Positions 12,844-25,248 of a stretch of 64,000 bases of DNA are shown piece after piece. Numbering within the stretch: the stretch's first letter is position 1; each line of letters starts with the position of its first letter. A program made the translations under genes and the position numbers. The notes beneath the pieces were generated by a model. That model ran no database searches. It had not been told where the DNA came from and was given only the letters and a program-made list of their open reading frames with translations. Source of the stretch: Podarcis gaigeae (Eukaryota); NCBI GenBank assembly GCA_964106915.2, contig OZ066914.1; one strand, written 5' to 3'.

Positions 12844-13094
12844 CTTGTTAGCTTCCACACCATCAAAGAGTTTGCGGGTTAGCACTACCACTGAAGTTTT
12901 GTAGTAAACAATGATAGACTGAGGGCATGAAAGTCCATCTTCAGCATCACAGAAGTAATTATCAATTAGAATCCTGAAGTTGTCGTATTTAGGTGTAATC
13001 TGCTGCACCAACACATATGTGCAGTTGTCCAGGAAAGTGTAGTACGTTCCATCAAATGTGATATAGTGAGGATCACCCCAGCCGCTACAAACAC
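12844..13094 (-). CDS. MUC5AC: Mucin exon 34 (VWD4 start, GDPH autocleavage motif at 13066-13077)
   Basis: [33 protein letters not shown]...GVEANK; 251 nt. Confidence 0.96.
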
Positions 13095-13249
13095 CTGATA
13101 AATTAGAGGGGGAGATGTTAACCATTAGGACTTACGTTAGACTTTAAGAAAAGCATAAACAATGACTCAAACAAGAGTATGTTTGAGGTAATGTTTGCAC
13201 CATGAAAACGGAGTCATGAGTGCTTCTTTAGAGATTTATTTTCACTCAC

Positions 13250-13421
13250 ATTCGCATTCATAGTGATAACAGCAGCCATCTTCACTGAAGACTTTGATTG
13301 GTGGGTACCCATTTTCACAAACAATATTCCTCACTGGTGGACACTGTACTTGCTTTACAGAAATTTTATTGTTTCCCTCACAAGTTGATACGGTGCAGTT
13401 CGATACCCATTTGTCACCAGT
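13250..13421 (-). CDS. MUC5AC: Mucin exon 33
   Basis: TGDKWVSNCTVSTCEGNN...DGCCYHYECE; 172 nt. Confidence 0.94.
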
Positions 13422-13647
13422 CTGTGAAGAGAAAAACATTGTTGCCACTGACACATAAAGTTAGGCCCAGCTAAGCTTTATGTACAGTTTTACATATAAC
13501 TGATAGGCACTTCTTCTTTGGTTCCTGCTTATTTATACCATTTATACATGTACAAGTGAATGCATCCTACTTCAGAAATCTCCTGGTATCTAGTTTTCTT
13601 CAGCACCAACCAATCAGAGGTTAACCATAGAAGCTTTGCACCTACAT

Positions 13648-13779
13648 CAAGGATGGGGAACCTGTGGCTCTCAAGATGTTGCTGGACTCCATCTCCCATC
13701 AGCTAGCATGGTCAATGGTCAGGGATGGTTGCAGTTGTAGCCCAATAGAATCTGGAGGGCTAAAGGTCTCCAGCACTTG
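13648..13779. mobile_element. Palindromic MITE (ctacaactcccatc family); related copies near 6820, 26592, 30860, 41350, 42445, 50645, 62100
   Basis: Quasi-palindromic gatgttgctggact..ctcccatc...gttgtag..ca..atctggagggc core recurs across the window. Confidence 0.65.
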
Positions 13780-15461
13780 GTCATTTTGATGCTGCCAGCT
13801 GTCAAATATTGTCCGGTACTAAACACTATTGCCTATTATTGAACTATCATTATCAAATATTTGTGGTGGTATCCAATGCCCATGTTCCATGAGTGAAAGG
13901 ATTTCTACTTGCACACACTCCCCCCCTCTCCTCATCCCATGGTCACCTTCCCCAAATCCCTCCAGGTCGGCAGGTAGGGGTATGGCAAGAGAAGAGGGAG
14001 GGAAAGTACTGTTGTGCAGCCAAAAGTCATTGCACTGGCAGAATGAGTGTGCTGAATACTGCCCTTTACACCACTGGAATGACAGTTATTGAATATTATT
14101 AATAAAACACATTGGGTTGTATCCAATTAAACTTTAGAGTAGTCCCATTGAAATTAATGGACCTATATTAGTCATATCTATGAATTTTGGCATCTGTAGT
14201 CTGGGTCTACTATACAAAACTCCTTAATCCTGCTATATTTTTTGTTGAATTACTTACGTTCTATGTACAAAGTCATAAATAATTTCAGGTTCCTTGGTTT
14301 ATTCCACCTGTCTTAGTTTGTTTTTGTTTCGTTTAACATCTCCTCCAAGGCTGTATCAAGTGATTTTAACACAGGCTACTGCATATACCTTTTCTGCCCC
14401 ATTGGCCCCCAGCAAATACTGTTAAATATTAAATACTATTGCATATCAGCTACCACGGCACAGTTAAATAACAAATATTGTTTGGTGAATATTCAGCAAA
14501 TTTCCAAGATTTCTAATAATAATAATAACAACAATGTAGTCCTGTAAATGCCTCTTTGGAAGTAAGTCCCACCGAAACACATTTCCAGCTATGTGTGGAC
14601 TGGATTATAGTCTAAGTGACATTAAGATTTGCAGAGGAGAATTGTGAGAGGGATTGTTTGAAGCAGTTGATTAGGCAGTTAATGGTCCAGATTATCATAA
14701 TTTTCACCACATTATATGCATCGTAACAAATTCTTCTGATTTGCATTGATTCCTGATTTACACTGAATCAAGCAGAGCCACTCAAGGCCACAGAGTCTGG
14801 GCATTCCCCTGCTAAAGTATTCTTGTGAGGTCCAAGCACTTCTAGGCACCTGGTTATGAAGCCTCAGCCTATGTATCTCCTCAGCCCGACAACCGCTTGT
14901 CACATGACAGATATTAAAATACCTGGATAGTCACTAGGCAACCTGGGCAACCCATTTACTGGATTTCCCAAGAGCACCTCTGGCTTGGACTTTTTGAATG
15001 CACATGCTAAACCCTCATCATGGGGGGTGGGAACACCTTAGCAAATATTATATTAAAAGCCCCCAAAGTCATGACATGTGGGGGAATCATGCAGAACTGA
15101 TCTAGAGGCAATTCATTCCTACACAATAAAGAGAGAAAATCCACCACTATTCCCACACCTGTACTGCACAAATAAGAGGGCTTACTTGATACAAAGTTTG
15201 AAAATGTCCCCACCCCCAGGACTGGAGCACTCAGGTTCCGAGCTGGTAAAACTTCATGGATAATTGGAGTTACACCCCTACACAGCATTCAGGTGAATGC
15301 AAACCTAACCACGAACCAGCCAAGAGATAAGCACTGCGAAGAAGTAAGGCTAATCCCTGTTGCCCTATTGAGTATTTCAAGGTACCCAACCTGTAGCTTT
15401 CTGTGCATCAACTTCCAAATGGAAAACATTATTTCAAATCAAGATGAAAAGAGATTGGTAC

Positions 15462-15682
15462 CTTTAAGGGTGGTTTAGCATCTGGGCATCCAGGTTGCTC
15501 AGTGGTGGTAGTGGTAGTGGCAATGGTAGTGGTGGGGGTGGGGGTTGTGACAACAACTGTCGGAGTGGGTTTTGGTGTTGTTAGTTTGCATGGACCTTGG
15601 GATCTCTCAACAGAACATGTTTGACTACAAACAGCAGTGAAAAGGCAACCATCACTGTCTGTTTTATTGTAAATCGTATCAC
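15462..15682 (-). CDS. MUC5AC: Mucin exon 32
   Basis: GDTIYNKTDSDGCLFTAVCSQTCSVERSQGPC...EQPGCPDAKPPLK; 221 nt. Confidence 0.92.
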
Positions 15683-15903
15683 CTACAAAAGGGAATCAAA
15701 GAGGTAGACTGTAAATATTTCTAACATATAAAGTAGTAGCACAAAATAATGAAAGAATAATGAACAATGGGCTGTATTAAAGAAAGGAGGGTTTAGCAAA
15801 AATGTGGAAAAAATATGCAAATGAATCCATAAGCAATATTATTTTTATAATTTTAAGTAAAAATGATGTGCAAAGTCCATAGAAATCTACATTGGTTACT
15901 TAC

Positions 15904-18900
15904 CACGTCTGTAAATGGTGTCATTAATCTTGCAGAAACAGGCAGTTGGTGTTACTGGTACTGTCGTGGTTGGTTTGGGAGTGGTGGTGGTTGGGATGGT
16001 TGTAGGTGGGCAACGTGGGTTTACTTCACAGCACAACACCCGTATCTCATAATTCAAGCACTGCCTGAATTTCCCAATTTGCTCATCATTCTTGCAAACC
16101 AGTCCAGAATCAACATTACACTCAACTTTCTGACCAAGCTGGTCAAGGCTGAGGCCAGGGTGATTTTCAGCCCTGCACTGGATGTTTGATGGCTTGGCAC
16201 AGATCTTCCCTCCTACAGCCCGGATTTTGTTATACGTCTCAATGTCACCCCCGTTAGGTCCAGATGTGGGATAGTCAACATCAAACCAGTCGGTCCACTG
16301 ACATATAGGTCCACAAGTTGTTGTTTCTGGAGAGGTGGTAGTCGTCTCGGTAGTGGTGGTGGTGACTGGCACAGTGGTTGTGGGCAAGGTGGTTGTGCTT
16401 ACTGGCCGAGGTGTGGTGGTTGTCGTTGTTGGTTGTGTTGTGGTGGTTTTGGATACTGTAGTTGTTAATGGTGTTGTGGTTGTTGTTTCTGGAGCAGTAG
16501 TGGTTGGTTTGGGAGTGGTGGCGGTAGTGGTGGTTGGCTGTGTTGTGGTGGTTTTGGGTGCAGTAGTTGTTACTGGTGTGGTGGTGGTTGTTTCTGGAGC
16601 AGTAGTGGTTGGTTTGGGAGTGGTGGTGGTTGGGATGGTTGTAGGTGGGCAATGTGGGTTTTCTTCACAGCACAACACCCGTATCTCATAATTCAAGCAC
16701 TGCTTGAATTTCCCAATTTGCTCATCATTCTTGCACACCAGTCCAGAATCAACATTACACTCGACAACTTGACCAACCTGGTCAAGGCGGAGGTCAGGGT
16801 CATTTTCAGCCCTGCACTGGATGTTTGATGGTTTGGCACAGATCTTCTCTCCTGCATCACGGATCTTGTTATATGTCTCAATGTCACCCCCGTTTGGTCC
16901 GGAAGTGGGATAGTCAACATCAAACCAGTCGGTCCAGTGACATATAGGTCCACAAGTTGTTGTTTCTGGAGAGGTGGTAGTCGTCTCAGTAGTTGTGGTG
17001 GTGACTGGCACAGTGGTTGTGGGCAAGGTGGTTGTACTTCCTGGCCGAGGTGTGGTGGTGGTGGTTGTGGTTGTCGTTGTTGGTTGTGTTGTGCTGGTTT
17101 TTGGTGCTGTAGTTGTTACTGGTGTGGTGGTGGTTGTTTCTGGAGCTGTTGTGGTTGGTTTGGGAGTGGTGGTGGTTGGGATGGTTGTAGGTGGGCAACG
17201 TGGGTTTTCTTCACAGCACAACACCCGTATCTCATAATTCAAGCACTGCTTAAATTTCCCAATTTGCTCATCATTCTTGCACACCAGTCCAGAATCAACA
17301 TTACACTCAACAACTTGACCAACCTGGTCAAGGCGGAGGTCAGGGTCATTTTCAGCCCTGCACTGGATGTTTGATGGTTTGGCACAGATCTTCTCTCCTG
17401 CATCACGGATCTTGTTATATGTCTCAATGTCACCCCCGTTTGGTCCGGAAGTGGGATAGTCAACATCAAACCAGTCGGTCCAGTGACATATAGGTCCACA
17501 AGTTGTTGTTTCTGGAGAGGTGGTAGTCGTCTCAGTAGTTGTGGTGGTGACTGGCACAGTGGTTGTGGGCAAGGTGGTTGTACTTACTGGCCGAGGTGTG
17601 GTGGTGGAGGTTGTGGTTGTCGTTGTTGGTTGTGTTGTGGTGGTTTTTGGTGCTGTAGTTGTTACTGGTGTGGTGGTGGTTGTTTCTGGAGCTGTCGTGG
17701 TTGGTTTGGGAGTGGTGGTGGTTGGGATGGTTGTAGGTGGGCAACGTGGGTTTTCTTCACAGCACAACACCCGTATCTCATAATTCAAGCACTGCTTAAA
17801 TTTCCCAATTTGCTCATCATTCTTGCACACCAGTCCAGAATCAACATTACACTCGACAACTTGACCAACCTGGTCAAGGCGGAGGTCAGGGTCATTTTCA
17901 GCCCTGCACTGGATGTTTGATGGTTTGGCACAGATCTTCTCTCCTGCATCACGGATCTTGTTATATGTCTCAATGTCACCCCCGTTTGGTCCGGAAGTGG
18001 GATAGTCAACATCAAACCAGTCGGTCCAGTGACATATAGGTCCACAAGTTGTTGTTTCTGGAGAGGTGGTAGTCGTCTCAGTAGTTGTGGTGGTGACTGG
18101 CACAGTGGTTGTAGGCAAGGTGGTTGTACTTACTGGCCGAGGTGTGGTGGTGGTGGTGGTCGTTGTTGGTTGCGTTGTGGTGGTTTTTGGTGCTGTAGTT
18201 GTTACTGGTGTGGTGGTGGTTGTTTCTGGAGCTGTAGTGGTTGGTTTCGGAGTGGTGGTGGCACTGGTGGTTGTAGGTGGGCAACGTGGGTTTTCTTCAC
18301 AGCACAACACCCGTATCTCATAATTCAAGCACTGCCTGAATTTCCCAATTTGCTCATCATTCTTGCACACCAGTCCAGAGTCAACATTACACTCAACTTT
18401 CTGACCAACCTGGTCAAGGCGGAGGTCAGGGTGATTTTCAGCCCTGCACTGGATGTTTGATGGTTTGGCACAGATCTTCTCTCCTGCATCACGGATCTTG
18501 TTATATGTCTCAATGTCACCCCCGTTTGGTCCAGAAGTCGGATAGTCAACATCAAACCAGTCGGTCCAGTGACATATAGGTCCACAAGTTGTTGTTTCTG
18601 GAGAGGTGGTAGTCGTCTCGGTAGTTGTGGTGGTGATTGGTACAGTGGTCGTGGGCAAGGTGGTTGTGCTTACTGGCCGAGGTGTGGTGGTGGTGGTGGT
18701 GGTTGTCGTCGTTGGTTGTGTTGTGGTTGTTTTGGGTGCTGTAGTTGTTACTGGTGTGGTGGTGGTAGTTTCTGGAGCTGTAGTGGTTGGTTTCGGAGGG
18801 GTGGTGGTGGTGGTTGTCGTCGTTGGCTGTGTTGTGGTCGTTTTGGGTGCTGTAGTTGTTACTGGTGTCGTGGTGGTTGTTTCTGGTGCTGTAGTGGTGG

Positions 18901-21900
18901 GTTTGGGAGTGGTGGTGGTTGTCGTTGTTGGTTGTGTTGTGGTGGTTTTGGGTGCAGTAGTTGTTACTGGTGTGGTGGTGGTTGTTTCTGGAGCAGTAGT
19001 GGTTGGTTTGGGAGTGGTGGTGGTTGGGATGGTTGTAGGTGGGCAATGTGGGTTTACTTCACAGCACAACACCCGTATCTCATAATTCAAGCACTGCCTG
19101 ATTTTCCCAATTTGCTCATCATTCTTGCAAACCAGTCCAGAATCAACATTACACTCAACTTTCTGACCAACCTGGTCAAGGCTGAGGCCAGGGTGATTTT
19201 CAGCCCTGCACTGGATGTTTGATGGCTTGGCACAGATCTTCCCTCCTGCAGCACGGATCTTGTTATATGTCTCAATGTCACCCCCGTTTGGTCCGGAAGT
19301 GGGATAGTCAACATCAAACCAGTCGGTCCAGTGACATATAGGTCCACAGGTTGTTGTTTCTGGAGAGGTGGTAGTCGTCTCGGTAGTTGTGGTGGTGATT
19401 GGTACAGTGGTCGTGGGCAAGCTCGTTGTGCTTACTGGCCGAGGTGTAGTGGTGGTGGTGGTTGTCGTTGTTGGTTGTGTTGTGGTTGTTTTGGGTGCTG
19501 TAGTTGTTACTGGTGTGGTGGTGGTTGTTTCTGGAGCTGTAGTGGTTGGTTTCAGAGTGGTGGTGGTGGTGGTTGTCGTCGTTGGCTGTGTTGTGGTCGT
19601 TTTGGGTGCTGTAGTTGTTACTGGTGTGGTGGTGGTTGTTTCTGGTGCTGTAGTGGTGGGTTTGGGAGTGGTGGTGGTTGTCGTTGTTGGTTGTGTTGTG
19701 GTGGTTTTGGGTGCAGTAGTTGTTACTGGTGTGGTGGTGGTTGTTTCTGGAGCAGTAGTGGTTGGTTTGGGAGTGGTGGTGATTGGGATGGTTGTAGGTG
19801 GGCAATGTGGGTTTACTTCACAGCACAACACCCGTATCTCATAATTCAAGCACTGCCTGATTTTCCCAATTTGCTCATCATTCTTGCAAACCAGTCCAGA
19901 ATCAACATTACACTCAACTTTCTGACCAAGCTGGTCAAGGCTGAGGCCAGGGTGATTTTCAGCCCTGCACTGGATGTTTGATGGCTTGGCACAGATCTTC
20001 CCTCCTGCAGCACGGATCTTGTTATATGTCTCAATGTCACCCCCGTTTGGTCCCGAAGTGGGATAGTCAACATCAAACCAGTCGGTCCACTGACATATAG
20101 GTCCACAGGTTGTTGTTTCTGGGGAGGTGGTAGTCGTCTCGGTAGTTGTGGTGGTGATTGGTACAGTGGTCGTGGGCAAGGTGGTTGTGCTTACTGGCCG
20201 AGGTGTAGTGGTGGTGGTGGTTGTCGTTGTTGGTTGTGTTGTGGTTGTTTTGGGTGCTGTAGTTGTTACTGGTGTGGTGGTGGTTGTTTCTGGAGCTGTA
20301 GTAGTTGGTTTCGGAGTGGTGGTGGTGGTGGTTGTCGTCGTTGGCTGTGTTGTGGTGGTTTTGGGTGCTGTAGTTGTTACTGGTGTGGTGGTGGTTGTTT
20401 CTGGAGCTGTAGTGGTTGGTTTGGGAGTGGTGGTGGTTGTTGTTGTTGGTTGTGTTGTGGTGGTTTTGGGTGCAGTAGTTGTTACTGGTGTGGTGGTGGT
20501 TGTTTCTGGAGCAGTAGTGGTTGGTTTGGGAGTGGTGGTGGTTGGGATGGTTGTAGGTGGGCAATGTGGGTTTACTTCACAGCACAACACCCGTATCTCA
20601 TAATTCAAGCACTGCTTGAATTTCCCAATTTGCTCATTATTCCTGCAAACTAGTCCAGAGTCAACATTACACTCTACTATCTGATCGAGTTGGTCAAGGC
20701 TGAGATCAGGGTGATTTTCAGCCCTGCACTGGATGTTTGATGGCTTGGCACAGATCTTGCCACCCGCATCTCGGATGTTGTTATATGTCTCAATGTCACC
20801 CCCATTAGGTCCAGAAGTGGGATAGTCAACATCAAACCAGTTGGTCCACTGACATATAGGTCCACAAGTTGTTGTTTCTGGAGAGGTGGTAGTCATCTCG
20901 GTAGTTGTTGTGGTGACTGGCACAGTGGTCGTGGGCAAGGTGGTTGTGCTTACTGGCTGAGGTGTGGTGGTTGGTGTCGTTGTTGGCTGTTTTGTAGTGG
21001 TTTTGGGTTCTGTAGTTGTTACTGGTGTGGTGGTGGTCGTTTCTGGAGCTGTAGTGGTTGGTTTGGGAGTGGTGGTGGCACTGGTGGTTGTCACCATTGT
21101 AGTTCTTTCTGGTGTCATTCTAGGCAAAGTCGTGCTTACTACCACAGGTGTGGTGGTTGCTTTTGTTGTTGTGATGACACTGGTGGTTGTTTCCGTTGTC
21201 TGTGTTGTGGTGGTTTGCAATTTTGTAGTTGTTGCTGGCTTCGTTGTTGTAACTTCAGTTGTTGGCTTAGTTTTCGGTGTTTCAGGTTTTGTAGTGATTA
21301 ATGGTGTTGTCCTTGTTGTGACTTTTGTTGTTTGTAGAGGTTTAGTTGTGATTGATGTTGTTCCATTTAGTAGCGGTGCTTTTGATGGCTGTGTAGTTGT
21401 CTGAGTTCGTGTAATAATAGTCTTTTCTTTGGTAGTAGTTATTGGTGTTGATGCTGTTGTGGTTGTTTTGCTGGTGGTCGTTGTTTGTGAGGTTGTAGTT
21501 AAAGGCTTTGTAGTTGTTAGTGGTCTGGTTGTTGGGCATGGTACAATTATTTTTTCACAGCATTCAATTCTTATCTCATAATTATAGCAAATTGGTGGAA
21601 GTTGTTCTTTGTTGTAACATATGAGTCCTTCTGTTTTACTACAAGTAACTTTTTGCTCTAATTCATTTAGTGGTGTATCAGGATATCTTTCTGCTCTGCA
21701 TTCAACATTTTTTGGTGCCTTACAGACTTTGTATCCTTTGGCTCTTATATTCTTAAATGTATCAAAATCTCCATCATCTGGTGCGGATCCTGGGTAACTT
21801 ATATCATACCACTGTGACCATTCACAAACTTCCTTAGTACATTGTTCAGGTGTCGAATGGGCTGTTGTTGAAATTGTTGTCGTTTCTAAACTTTTTGTTG

Positions 21901-23115
21901 TCTCTGGAACAGTTGTCACCGTTGTTGGTGACTGTGTTGTAGTTGGAGGTGTTGTGGTTAGTGTTGTTGCTTCAGAAGTAGTTGACACTATGGTTGTACC
22001 TTTTGTTGTAATTTGTGAGGTTGTTGATGTAGTTGTTGACACAGTTGGATGTGTTGTTTCTTTTGTTGTGGGTGTGGTTATAATTTTAGTTGTAGAAGGT
22101 GTTGTTTCAGTTGTAGTTTCTGGAATTGTAGTGGATGTTATGGCTGTAGTAGTTGTGGTTGTAGATTTAGTAGTAGACGGTGTGGTTGTGACTGTTGTTG
22201 TTTTTGGCTTAGTTGTCACTATTGATGTAGATGTTGTTTCTGGAGTTGTACTAGTAACTGTGGTAGTTACTGAAACAGTACTTGTGCTTGCTGTTGTAGT
22301 TTCTGGAGTGGTGGTTAAGCAGTCAGTATAACAGCAATATACTTTGATCTGATAGTTATAACACATCTGCAAGATTCCTGACTGTTCTTCATTTTTGCAG
22401 ACAAAGCCAAATGTCACATTGCACTGAACAGTTTGTCCAATTTCATCAATAGATTTCTCTGGATATTTCTCTGCCCTGCATTCTATACGTTCAGGTTTTT
22501 GGCATATATCTTTTCCTGCAGCCTTAATGATGTCGTATGTTTCAAAATCCCCTTTGTTGTCCAAAGTGGGAAAGTGCACATCGTACCATTCAGTCCATTT
22601 ACATGTGAGTTTACAAGGTGTTGGCCGTGGTATTTCTGTTGTGGTTGCTGGGGTTGTAGTTGAGATGCTAGTAGTTTCGGTTACTACAGTTGTGGTAGGT
22701 GGTAGCTTTGGTGTTGTTACAGGAGTAGGAGTTGTTACAGGAAGAGTAGTTGGTGTTGTTGTGTGCATAGTCCCAGGTGTCGATGCAGTAATGCCACATG
22801 GTTCAAAGCTACAACACTGGATTTTGATTTGATAATTGTGGCAGCTCATTGGATGCTGATCCTTGTTGTAACAGATTAGCCCCACTGTTTTACTGCATTC
22901 TACTTTCTGGCCCAGTTCACTTAATGGGGTATTGGGAAATTTCTCAGCTCTGCAGGCAACAGCCCTTGGAGCTCTGCAGACTTTATATCCTTCTGCTCGT
23001 AGTTTTTCAAAAGTATCAAAATCTCCATCATCATCTCCAGAGCCAGGCTGGCTCACATCATACCACTGTGACCACTGGCATACTTCCTGAACACAAACTG
23101 ATGTTGTTACAGGCA
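15904..23115 (-). CDS. MUC5AC: Mucin exon 31, central exon: 11 CysD domains (WxxW motifs) interspersed with Thr/Pro-rich PTS
   Basis: Lies within the 2415-aa ORF; acceptor cacacag|TGCCT, donor G|gtaagt; 7,212 nt, phase 1-1. Confidence 0.96.
15960..21091 (-). repeat. Coding tandem array of 8 near-identical CysD+PTS units
   Basis: CGPIC anchors at 20865, 20106, 19347, 18585, 18045, 17499, 16953 and 16314; periods 759, 759, 762, 540, 546, 546 and 639 nt. Confidence 0.95.
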
Positions 23116-24387
23116 CTGTGTGGGTAAAAAGATAAAATGGCACATTAGTATTTTCATGCTTATTTAAACTTTTAAATGTTAAGCATGTACAGTAGAAGCT
23201 GTGTGTAAGAAGGAAGTTTCCTTGAGGCTCTTCTAGACTGCCACCATTTCCAGGCAGGATTCAGTCACATACCAGCAAATTCATTTGGTGCAATTGATTT
23301 GGTGCTCTTGAGCAACAAACTCACTCCCTTCTAAAACTGAGTTACTTACAAATGAGACTGGGAAATGCCCTGGAAAAGGGTGGGATAACATTGGCTCGAA
23401 ACCATGTTATCTAACCTCCCTGGCAAACAAATCAGAATGGATGCTCAAGAAACAGGTGGTTTGGAAGCAACCTTTGAGGGTTTAACTAAATCAGTTCATC
23501 CGAGCCATCTGGACTGAACCAATCCATTGGATCCCTCTGGAACTAGTTGCTGAGTAACACAGGCTTTTAAATATCTCTATTTCCTTTTGTAAAAACAAAA
23601 TGTAAAATCAAAATGTTCGAGTGAGGAAATGAGAAGGAAAAGTGATATGGGCTGCTGGGACTGGAGCTCCTCAGAGACCTGAATCAAGAAACTGGGTAGC
23701 AGCTGATTGAGATGGGAGGAAAACTGAATGAAGCACATATGAGATGGGTGGGAGCACTATGAATAAACAGGGTACTGCAAGTTGCCCAGAAATTAGTCAA
23801 GGAGAACCTGGAGTGAAGCACCTCCATTTTTCTCCTCAGCTCTTTGGGAGATTGGAAACACATCACAGGAGGGACAACAGCTTATTGGCTTACTTAAAAG
23901 TATCCTATATACATTTACTTACAAGTAGTTCTTCACACCAGTAAAAAATGCTTATTGTTTTCTAAAGCATTTCATTGAAAGATTTAAACTAGAGGCACAG
24001 GTCATATTTTGCATTGCTGGAGCTGGAGAGGTAGCCCTCTCATCCGGGCTTCCCAGAAAACACCCATCCCTTCCTAGATTGATTGGAATGGCTGGTATTC
24101 ATTTCCACCAGCTCAGAAAATGCTAAGGGTAAAAACGCCCATGCAGTACCATTCCAGGAGTACCATTCCAGGAGGCAGTACCATGTCTCTGCCATAGCAA
24201 TGTACCATACAGCTATGCAAAAAGTGGTAAAGAAACTACAGAAATCCACAGACAACGTTGCAGGGTAATACTCTTGAAATTTATACTCTACTACAATCTA
24301 CTAATTCCAATGTGCTGGAGATGGGTTTCACTGAACAGGGTAGGGAGGGAGTGAACCATATGATTGCACTATCATCAGAGTTTTTAC

Positions 24388-24615
24388 CTGCAGTAGTGGT
24401 TGCTGGTGAAGAGGTACTGGAAAAGTTAAAGACGGTAGTGGTTGGTGCAGTGGTGGTGGTGGTTGTGGTGGGTGTTGTTGTGCATGGGAAGATATTCCTC
24501 TCTATTGTTCCATTCTTACTGCAAATCGCAGTGATGCACCCTCCAATGCCATCTGTTGTGTTGTAGATGACATCCCCCGGCTTGCTAATCTTCCCTTCAT
24601 AGATGCAGTGGCATT
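24388..24615 (-). CDS. MUC5AC: Mucin exon 30
   Basis: ECHCIYEGKISKPGDVIYNTTDGIGGCITAIC...PATTTA; 228 nt. Confidence 0.93.
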
Positions 24616-24716
24616 CTGTCATTCAAAAGAAATTGTCAGCATTAAACTTCTTAAAATGTAAAAGGCTGTTCCAAATCACTCACAATTCATATTAAAACTT
24701 AGCACTGAGAACATAC

Positions 24717-24763
24717 CAAGTTCATCGTATCGACACTCTGGTTTGCCAGCCATGGAACAATAG
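24717..24763 (-). CDS. MUC5AC: Mucin exon 29 (E3)
   Basis: YCSMAGKPECRYDEL; 47 nt, phase 2-1, bridges exons 28 and 30. Confidence 0.85.
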
Positions 24764-25030
24764 CTAAAAGGAAAGAAAACACATTTGAAGGTAGTTACTT
24801 TTCTTTAGTGAGCAAAGAAGATACTAACAGCCCTCCTTATATTAGTTGTTGGCATCTGTCTGCCTCAAGAGACAATGGAGTGTGCCCTCAGGGGCATATA
24901 CAACCAGTATAAAAGAATGTCTATGGAGGTGAAATTCTGAATAAACTACTACACTTGGATTGAGAAAGCAATTTTAGGCTTTGACTCTAATTGGTTTTAC
25001 TCATTTACTCAGAACTAAATTCCATGACAT

Positions 25031-25248
25031 CCAGTAGCAGATTGCGATCTACTGGTAGATCATTGAACGTCTGTGGTAGATCACTGTCAGATCACGGGCT
25101 CCCCCCAAAGAAGCTCCCCTAAAGAAAGCGTTCCTCCTCCCTAAAAAAGCTCAACAACTTAGACTAGAACCCCCCAAAAGGTGGTAGATCACTGCCGGTT
25201 TCTAACTCTGAGAGTAGATCACAGTCTCTCAGGAGTTGGCCACCCCGG
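25031..25248. mobile_element. Non-autonomous hAT-like remnant
   Basis: Repeated GGTAGATC subterminal motifs, gatctactggtagatc palindrome, and a terminus-like gagttggccaccccgg. Confidence 0.55.

Noticed and set aside
15960-21091. Repeat-spacer-like periodicity suggesting a CRISPR-type or non-coding array
   Set aside because: Units are 540-762 nt, always multiples of 3, and translate as CysD+PTS in a eukaryotic exon.
15863-22832. Many plus-strand Val/Gly/Cys-rich ORFs and minus-strand alternative-frame His/Asn-rich ORFs
   Set aside because: Shadows of ACN (Thr) codon runs in exon 31. They repeat with the array period and have no independent gene signals.
24833-24893. Short fragment resembling a lizard retroelement end (ttggcatctgtctgcctcaagagacaatggag)
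   Set aside because: Too short to classify without a repeat library.
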